Assembly (NCBI GenBank): GCA_030390025.1
Contig: JASTWF010000180.1
Location: 744,001-808,000, forward strand
DNA length: 64,000 nucleotides
Source: Squalus acanthias
Lineage: Eukaryota
Direction: 5' to 3'
A program made the translations under genes and the position numbers. This document shows positions 56,150-64,000 of the stretch, piece after piece (position 1 is the stretch's first letter; each line of letters starts with the position of its first letter). The notes under the pieces are model-generated. The model was given only the letters and a program-made list of their open reading frames with translations. It had not been told where the DNA came from and made no database searches.

Positions 56150-58700
56150 TTTGTTGTTCCCCAAGATTCAGTGCTGGGGCCACTGCTTTTTTTTGATATA
56201 TATAAATGACCTGGATATTGGATACAGAGTAGAATTTCTAAATTTGCCGATGACACCAAACTTGGGGGTGTGGCAAACAGTGAGTATGATACCAGTCGAC
56301 CGCAACAGGACATAGAAAGGCTAGCAGAATGGACACTTAATATACAATTTACACTTAATGGCACAGTTTTAAAGAGTGTGCAGGGACAGAGGGACCTGGG
56401 GTTAATGTGCATAGGTCCCTGAAGGTGGCAGGACATATTGAGAGAGTGGTTAGCAAAGCATATGGCTTCATAAATAGAGGTATTGAGTACAAAAGTGGTG
56501 AAGATATGCTGAATCTTTATAAAGCGCTGGTTAGGCCACAACTGGAGTATTGCGTCCAGTTCTGGTCACCACACTTTAGGAAGGATGTGAAGGCCCTTGA
56601 GAGGGTGCAGAGGAGATTTACCAGAATGGTTCCGGGGATGAGGGATCTTAGCTACAAGGACAGCTACAAGTCACACACCATCCTGACTTAGAAGTATATC
56701 GCCGATCCTTCATCGTCACTGGGTCAAAATCCTGGAACTCCCTAACGAACAACACTGTGGGAGTAACATCACCACACGCACTGCAGCGTATCAAGAAGGT
56801 GGCTCACCACCACCTTCTCAAGGGCAACTAGTGATGGGCAATAAATGCTGGCATTGCCAGTGACGCCCTGATCCCATAAACGAATAAAAAAAAGTTTGGA
56901 GAAGCACATGCAAATGATTTGGATGAGGGAACCAAATGTAATGTTGCCCAGTTTGCTGACGACACGAAACTAGGTGGGATTGTGAGTTGTGAGGAGGATG
57001 CAAAGAGGCTTCAAGGCGATTTAGACAAGTTGAGTGAGTGGGCAAATACATGGCAGATGCAGTATAACGTGGATAAATGTGAAGTTATCCACTTCAGTAG
57101 GAAAAACAGAAAGGCAGAGTATTATTTAAATGGCGATAGATTGGGAAATGTTGATGTACAGAGGGACCTGGGTGTCCTTGTACACCAGTCACTGAAAGCA
57201 AACATGCAGGTGCAGCAAGCAGTTAGGAAGGCAAATGGTATGTTGACCTTCATTGCAAGAGGATTTGAGTACAGGAGTAAGGATGTCTTACTACAGTTAT
57301 ACAGGGCCTTGGTGAGACCACACCTGGAGTACTGTGTGCAGTTTTGGTCTCCTTACTTAAGAAAGGTTATACTTGCCATAGAGGGAGTGCAGCGAAGGTT
57401 CACCAGACTAATTCCTGGGATGGCAGGACTGTCGTATGAGGAGAGATTGGTCAACTAGGCCTGTATTCACTAGAGTTTAGAAGAATGAGAGGGGATCTCA
57501 TTGAAACGCATAAAATTTTGACAGGGCTAGACAGACTGGATGCAGGGAGGATGTTTCCCCTGGTTGGGGGGGTCTAGAACGAGGGGTCACAGTCTCAGGA
57601 TACGGGGTAGGACATTTAGGACTGAGATGAGGAGAAATTTCTTCACTCAGAGGATGGTGAACCTGTGGAATTCTCTACCACAGAAGGCTGTGGAGGCCAA
57701 GTCACTGAATATATTTAAGAAGGAGACAGATAGATTTCTAGACACAGAAGGCATCAAGGGGTATGGGGAGAGAGCGGGAATATGGTATTGAGATAGAGGA
57801 TCAGCCATGATCATATTGAATGGCGGAGCAGGCTCGAAGGGCCGAATGGCCTACTCCTGCTCCTATTTTTCTATGTTTCTTCTATGTTTCTAAGCTGGAT
57901 TTGTTTTCATTGGAGCAAAGGAGGTTGAGGGGTGATTTGATAGAGGTGTACAAGATTATGACGGGTTTGGATAGGCTAGACGGGGAAATGCTGTTCCCAC
58001 TAGTTGATGGTACAAGGACTAGGGGACACAGATTTAAGGTTTTGGGCAAGAGGTACAGGGGGGGACGTGAGGGAAAACTTTTTTACGCCGCGAGTGGTGA
58101 TGACCTGGAATTCGCTGCCGATGGAAGTGGTGGAAGCGGAGACACTCAATGTTTTCAAGGGGAGACTGGATCGGCACTTGAGGGAAATAAATCTGCAGGG
58201 GATAGAGCGAGGGAATGGGACTGACTGGATTTCTCTACAGAGAGCCGGCACGGACTCGATGGGCCGAATGGCCTCCTTCTGTGCCGTTATGACTCTATGA
58301 CTCTATAGAGCATCTTAGTAAAACATCCCGAGGAATGTTAGAAAGCAAAATTTGACACTTAAGAAACAGGAGCAGGAGTGGGCCATTCGGCCCCTCGAGT
58401 CTGCTCCACCATTCAATAAGATCATGGCTGATCGGATCTTGGCCTCAACTCCACTTCCCTGCCCGCTCCCCATAACCCTTGACTCCCTTATCGTTCAAAA
58501 ATCTGTCTATCTCCACCTTCAATATATTCAATGACTCAGCCTCCACAGCTCTCTGGGGAAGAGAATTCCAAAGATTCATGACCCTCTGAGAGAAGAAATT
58601 CCTCCTCATCTCCCTCTTAAATGGGCGACCCCTTATTCTGAAACTATGGCCCCTAGTCCTAGATTCCCCCACGAGGGGAAACATCCTCTCAGCATCTAAA
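56150..58700. mobile_element. CR1 cluster (+ 56150-56660, + 56915-57890, + 57890-58305, - 58360-58697) with a second-family LINE tail at ~56665-56892
   Basis: RT motifs FADDTKLGG, WQMQYNVDKC and QRDLGVLV. Confidence 0.88.
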
Positions 58701-58965
58701 CACCGAGCCACATAAGGAGATATTAGGACAGATGACCAAAACCTCAGCCAAAGAGGCAGGTTTTAAGGAGTGTCTTAAAAGAGGAGAGAGAGGCACAGAG
58801 AGGTTTTAGAAGGGAATTTCAGAGCTCAGGGCTCTGGCAACTGAAGGCACGGCCGCCAATGGTGAAGCAAATGGAATGGGGGATGCGCAAGAGGAGAGAA
58901 TTGGAGGAGCGCAGAGATCTTGGAGGGTTGTAGGGCTGGAGTAGGTTACAGAGATAGGGAGGGGC

Positions 58966-59275
58966 ATTTCAGAGGGCAGTTAAGAGTCACCCACATTGCT
59001 GTGGGTCTGGAGTCACATATAGGCCAGACCAGGTAAGGACGGCAGATTTCCTTCCCTAAAGGACATTAGTGAACCAGATGGGTTTTTACGACAATCCGAT
59101 AGTTTCATGGTCACCATTACTGATACTAGCGTTTTATTCCAGATTTATTTCATTAACTTGATTTAAATTGACAAACTGCCATGGTGGGATTTAAACTCAC
59201 GTCTCCAGATTTTTAGTCCAGGCTTGCTAGGATTACTAGTCCAGTAACAGATCCAATGTACTACCGAACCCCCAA
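58966..59275 (-). mobile_element. tRNA-derived SINE-like element (family not assigned) inside L2-like sequence
   Basis: The minus strand starts GGTAGTACATTG…GTTACTGGACTAGTAATC…GAGTTTAAATCCCACC (A/B-box-like). It resembles a shark interspersed repeat. Confidence 0.55.
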
Positions 59276-59380
59276 ATCCCACAGTTTAGGGCCCAGGCAG
59301 CAGAAAGCATGGCCGCCAATGGTGGAGCGATTAAAATCGTGGATGCACAAGAGGCCCGAATTGGAGGAGCACGGAGATCT

Positions 59381-59928
59381 CGGAGGGTTGTAGGGCTGGA
59401 GGAGGTTACAGAGATAGGGAGGGTTGTGGGGCTGGAGGAGGTTACAGAGATAGGGAGGGTTGTGGGGCTGGAGGAGGTTACAGAGATAGGGAGGGTGGTG
59501 GGGCTGGAGGAGGTTACAGAAATAGGGAGGGTTGTGGGGCTGGAGGAGGTTACAGAACTAGGGAGGGTTGTGGGGCTGGAGGAGGTTACAGAGATAGGGA
59601 GGGTTGTAGGGGCTGGAGGAGGTTACAGAGATAGGGAGGGTTGTAGGGGCTGGAGGAGGTTACAGAAATAGGGAGGGTTGTGGGGCTGGAGGAGGTTGCA
59701 GAGATAGGGAGGGTTGTGGGGCTGGAGGAGGTTGCAGAGATAGGGAGGGTTGTAGGGCTGGAGGAGGTTACAGAGATAGGGAGGGTTGTAGGGCTGGAGG
59801 AGGTTACAGAGATAGGGATGGTTGTAGGGCTGGAGGAGGTTACAGAGATAGGGAGGGTTGTAGGGCTGGAGGAGGTTACAAAGATAGGGAGGGTGGTGGG
59901 GCTGGAGGAGGTTACAGAGATAGGGAGG
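59381..59928 (+). repeat. 36-bp G-rich minisatellite expanded inside an L2-like fragment (~15 copies)
   Basis: Unit GGGAGGGTTGTRGGGCTGGAGGAGGTTACAGAGATA. A single copy is present in the L2-like fragment at ~58922-58965. Confidence 0.95.
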
Positions 59929-60954
59929 GGGCGAGGCCAAGGAGCGATTTAAAAACAAGGATGGAGAATGTTAAAATTGAAATTATAGGACTTCCATTTC
60001 CTCCCTCGGGAAAGTGTAACCGTCCTCCAATATCTGCCTCTTCCTTCATTTGATAAATGTCAGGAATTTGCATTTTGAGACCATTTCTTTCTGGTTCAGC
60101 TTTTCAACCACATGGCCTATTATTTAATCGGACCTATTTTTCTCCCTCCTGTTCCTCAGTCCCATCACGTATACGTTGGGATGTGACTCACTAGGGCTGA
60201 ATCTGTTGTTCACAGAAGTGTGTTGCACAGATTTCAAGTTAAGTTTTAATCGTAATATTAATGTTACTACAGTGAGCATTTTCAGTCTGTTTAACATCAT
60301 AAACAGAGATCCCTATTGAGGACCATTGACTGGAAGGAAATTCACTGACTGGAATCATAGAACGATACAGCACAGAAAGAGGTCATTCGGCCCATGGTGC
60401 CTGTGCTGGCTCTTTGGTAGAGCGATCCAATTAATCCCACTCCCCGGCTCTTTCCCCACAGCCCTGCAAATGTTTCCGCTTCCCGTATTTAGCCAATTCC
60501 CTTTTGAAAGGTATTATTGAATCTGCTTCCACCAGCCTTTCAGGCCATGCATTCCAGATCACAACAACTCGCTGCGTAAAATTGAAATAAAAACAGAAAC
60601 TGCTGGAAATACTCAGCAGGTCCGGCAGCATCTGTGGAGAGAGAAACAGATTTAACGTTTCAGGGCGATGACCTTTCGTCAGAACTGGAAAAAGTTAGAG
60701 ATGTAACAGGTTTTAAGCAAGTACAGAGGCAGGGAAAGTGGGGAGGGGAGGAAAGAACAAAAGGGAAGATCTGTGATAGGGTGGAAGGCAGGAGAGATTA
60801 AATAACAAAAGGGATGGTTGTACAAAGCAAAAGAAGATGGTAATGGGACAAGTAAAGAAACAAAAGATGGGTCTAGAAAGAGGTGTAAATGGGAATAGCA
60901 GAATCATCAACAGCTACCATCTGAAAAAATAGGGGCTGAGGTTATGGTCTGAAA

Positions 60955-62577
60955 CATAGAAACATGGAAGATAGGAGCAGGAGTAGGCCATTCGGCCCCT
61001 CGAGCCTGCTCCGCCATTTAATGAGATCATGGCTGATCATCCAAACTCAGTACCCTGTCCCTGCTTTCTCCCCATAGCCCTTGATCCCTTTAGCCTCAAG
61101 AAATATATCTAACTCCTTCTTGAATATATTTAATGAATTGGCCTCAACTGCCTTCTGTGGTAGAGAATTCCACAGGTTCACCACTCTCTGGGTGAAGAAA
61201 TTCCTCCTCATCTCAGTCCTAAATGGCTTACCCCTTATCCTTAGACTGTGACCCCTGATTCTGGACTCCCCGGCCATCGGGAACATCCTTCCTGCATCTA
61301 GTCTGTCTAGTCCTGTTAGAATTTTATAAGTTTCAATGAGATCCCCTCTCATTCTTCTAAACTCTAGCGAATACAAGCCCAATCGTCCCAATCTCTCTTC
61401 ATACGTCATTCCTGCCATCCCAGGTATCAGTCTGATGAATCTTCGCTGCACTCCCTCCATGGCAAGAACATCCCTCCTCAGATAAGGCGACCAAAACTGC
61501 ACACAATACTCAAGGTGTGGTCTCACCAAGGCCCTGTACAACTGCAGCAAGACATCCTTGCTCCTGTACTCGAATCCTCTCGCTATGAAGGCCAACATAC
61601 CATTTGTCTTCCTAACCGCCTGCTGCACCTGCATGCTTACCTTCAATGACTGGTGCACAAGGACTCCCAGGTCTCGTTGCACTAACCCTTTTCCCAATCT
61701 ATTGCCGTTCAGATAATAATCTGCCTTCCTGTTTTTGCCGCCAAAGTGGATAACCTCGCATTTATCCAGATTATACTGCAACTGCCATGCATCTGCCCAA
61801 TCACCCAACTTGTCCAAATCATACTGGAGTTTCTCTGCATCCTCCTCACAACACGCAAGCCCACCCAGCTTTGTGTCGTCTGCAAACCTGGAGATATTAC
61901 ATCTAGTTCCCTTGTCTAGATCATTAATATATATTGAGAATAACTGGGGTCCTAGCACCGATCCCTGCGGTACCCCACTAGTCACTGCCTGCCACTCGGA
62001 AAAAGACCCGTTTATTCCAACTCTTTGCTTCCTGTCTGCCAACCAGTTCTCTATCCAAGTCAGTACCTTACCCCCAATCCCATGTGCTTTAACTTTGCAT
62101 GCCAACCTCTTATGCGGGACCTTATCGAAAGCCTTCTGAAAGTCCAAATACACCACATCCACTGATTCTCCCTTATCTATTCTGCCAGTTACATCCTCAA
62201 AAAATTCCAGTAGATTAGTCAAGCATGATTTCCCTTTAGTAAATCCATGTTGACTTTGTCCGATCCTGTCACTGTTTTCCAAGTGCTCTGCTATTACATC
62301 TTTTATGATGGACTCTCGCATTTTCCCCACTACCAATGTCAGGCTTACCGGTCTATAATTCCCTGTTTTCTCTCTCCCACCTTTTTTAAATAGTGGGGTT
62401 ACATTAGCTACCTTCCAATCCATGGGAACTGTTCCAGAGTCTATAGAATTTTGGAAGATGACCAGCAATGCATCTTTTATTTCTAGGGCCACTTTCTTAA
62501 GTACCCTAGGATGTAGATTATCAGGCCTTGGGGATTTATCGGCCTTCAATCCCGTCAATTTCCCTAACACCATTTCC
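60955..62577 (-). mobile_element. 5'-truncated CR1 LINE nested in the Penelope element
   Basis: 6-bp TSD CTGAAA at 60949-60954 and 62578-62583. (CATAGAAA)-type tail. Confidence 0.92.
61047..62573 (-). CDS. CR1 ORF2 reverse transcriptase domain and C-terminus (508 aa, N-terminally truncated)
   Basis: GNYRPVSLT, QHGF, YLDFQKAFDKV, GVPQGSVLGP and FADD motifs. Confidence 0.93.
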   Translation of the reverse strand: MVLGKLTGLKADKSPRPDNLHPRVLKKVALEIKDALLVIFQNSIDSGTVPMDWKVANVTPLFKKGGREKTGNYRPVSLTLVVGKMRESIIKDVIAEHLENSDRIGQSQHGFTKGKSCLTNLLEFFEDVTGRIDKGESVDVVYLDFQKAFDKVPHKRLACKVKAHGIGGKVLTWIENWLADRKQRVGINGSFSEWQAVTSGVPQGSVLGPQLFSIYINDLDKGTRCNISRFADDTKLGGLACCEEDAEKLQYDLDKLGDWADAWQLQYNLDKCEVIHFGGKNRKADYYLNGNRLGKGLVQRDLGVLVHQSLKVSMQVQQAVRKTNGMLAFIARGFEYRSKDVLLQLYRALVRPHLEYCVQFWSPYLRRDVLAMEGVQRRFIRLIPGMAGMTYEERLGRLGLYSLEFRRMRGDLIETYKILTGLDRLDAGRMFPMAGESRIRGHSLRIRGKPFRTEMRRNFFTQRVVNLWNSLPQKAVEANSLNIFKKELDIFLEAKGIKGYGEKAGTGY

Positions 62578-64000
62578 CTGAAATTGTTGAACTCGATGTT
62601 GAGTCCAGAGGCTGTAAAGTGCCTAATCGAAAGATGAGGTGTTGTTCCTCGAGCTTACGTTGACCTTCATTCGAACAGTGTAAGAGGCCGAGGATGGAGA
62701 GGTGGGAGTGGAGCGGAGAATTAAAGTGACAGGCAACCGGGAGCTCGGGGTCACCCTTACGGACTGAATGGAGGTGTTCCGCAAAGCGGTCACCCAATCT
62801 GTGTTTGGTCTCCCCAATGTAGAGGAGACCGCATCGTGAGCAGCGAATACAGTATACTAAATTGCAGGAAGTACAAGTAAATCGCTGTTTCACCTGGAAG
62901 GGGTGTTTGAGGCCCTGGACAGTGGGAAGGGCGAAGGTAAAAGGGCATGTGTTGCATCTCCTGCACTTGCACGTGAAGGTGTCGGGCGAAGGGGATGAGG
63001 TGTTGGGGGTGATAGAGGAGTGGACCAGGGTGTCGCGGAGGGAGCGGTCCCTGCAGAATGCTGAAAGGGGAGGTGAGGGGAAGATGTGTTTGGTGGTGGG
63101 ATCACGCTGGAGGTGGTGGAGGATGATCCGTTGAATGTGGAGGCTGGTGGGGTGAAAGGTGAGGACAAGGGAACCCTATCGTGGTTCCGGAAGGGAGGGG
63201 AAGGGGTGAGAGCAGTAGTGCGGGAAATGGAACGGACACGGTCGAGGGCCATGTCAACCACAGTAGAGGGGAATCCTCAGTTGAGGAAAAAGGAAGACAT
63301 GTCGGAAGCACTAGTATGGAAGGTGGCATCGTCAGAACAGATGCGGCAGAGACGGAGAAACTGGGAGAATGGAATAGATTCCTTACAGGAAGCGGGGTGG
63401 GAGGAAGTGTCGTCCAGGTAGCTGTGGGAGTCAGTGGGCTTGTAGTGAATGTTTGTCAATAGCCTATCCCCAGAGATGGAGATAGAGAAGTCAAGGAAGC
63501 TGAGGGAAGAGTCAGAGATAGACCCAGTGAAGGTGAGGGAAGGGTGGAAATTGGAAGCAAAATGAATGAAATTTTCTAGTTCAGGGCGAGAGCAGGAAAC
63601 AGCACTGATACAGTCATCAATGTACCGGAAAAAGAGGTGAGGGAGGGGACCTCAGTAGGACTGTAACAAAGAATGTTCCACAGATCCCACGAAAAGGCAG
63701 GCATAGCTCGGACCCATGCGGGTTCCCATAGCAACACCTTAAATTTGGAGGAAGTGAGTGGAGTCAAAGGAGAAGTTGTTCAATGTGAGAACAAGTTCAG
63801 CCAGGCGGAGGAGGTTGGCGGTGGATGGGGACTGGTTGGGCCTCAGGCCGTCCTGGTGGGGGATGGGGGTGTAGAGGGATTGGATGTCCATAGTGAAAAG
63901 GAGATGGTTAGGCCCAGGAAACTGGAAACTGTTAAAGTGGCGGAGGGCGTCGGAAGAGTGGCAGATGTAGGTGGGAAGAGACTGGACAAGGGGAGAAAAA

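Larger units (their letters stand above)
60582..64000 (-). mobile_element. Penelope-like retroelement (frameshifted RT + GIY-YIG endonuclease + pLTR), interrupted by a CR1
   Basis: Minus ORFs HYKPTDSHSYLD…KESIPFSQFLR (RT/thumb) and NLVYCIRCSRCGLLYIGET…RFAEHL (GIY-YIG). pLTR at 60582-60950. Confidence 0.92.

Noticed and set aside
59309-59958. Repeat proteins (RVVGLEEVTEIG)n / (PPYLCNLLQPYN)n
   Set aside because: These are open frames through a 36-bp minisatellite, with no splice or promoter context.

Overview
Vertebrate (not microbial) DNA: the 3' part of a T-cell receptor alpha (TRA) locus, very probably from a cartilaginous fish, judging by the shark-type SINE/CR1/Penelope repeats and the C-alpha sequence. 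Positions 1-34.5 kb hold an array of 39 J-alpha-like segments on the + strand. About 34 look usable (12-bp-spacer RSS, FGxG motif, GT donor), 2 are open but lack the FG motif, 3 are pseudogenes, and there are a few fainter relics. The array was built by three kinds of duplication: a ~1-kb tandem amplification of one J family (16 copies in 1-15 kb plus an orphan at 20.8 kb), a ~5-kb two-copy segmental duplication (14.4-25 kb), and a ~2-kb triplication (27.9-34.1 kb). The TRAC gene follows: Ig-C exon 38345-38644, hinge exon 38736-38783, TM/cytoplasmic exon 39791-39898, and a probable 3'UTR exon from 41492. The remaining ~22 kb is mostly nested retroelement debris (CR1, L2, a second LINE family, Deu-domain and V-domain SINEs, and Penelope-like elements carrying minimal hammerhead ribozymes). 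It contains one non-repetitive island at ~55.5-56.1 kb with ETS-RUNX, ROR and E-box motifs, a candidate TCR-alpha enhancer. No V or D segments and no other host gene were recognised. J numbers are local labels (5' to 3'), not official nomenclature. All coordinates were counted by hand, and TE boundaries are approximate.
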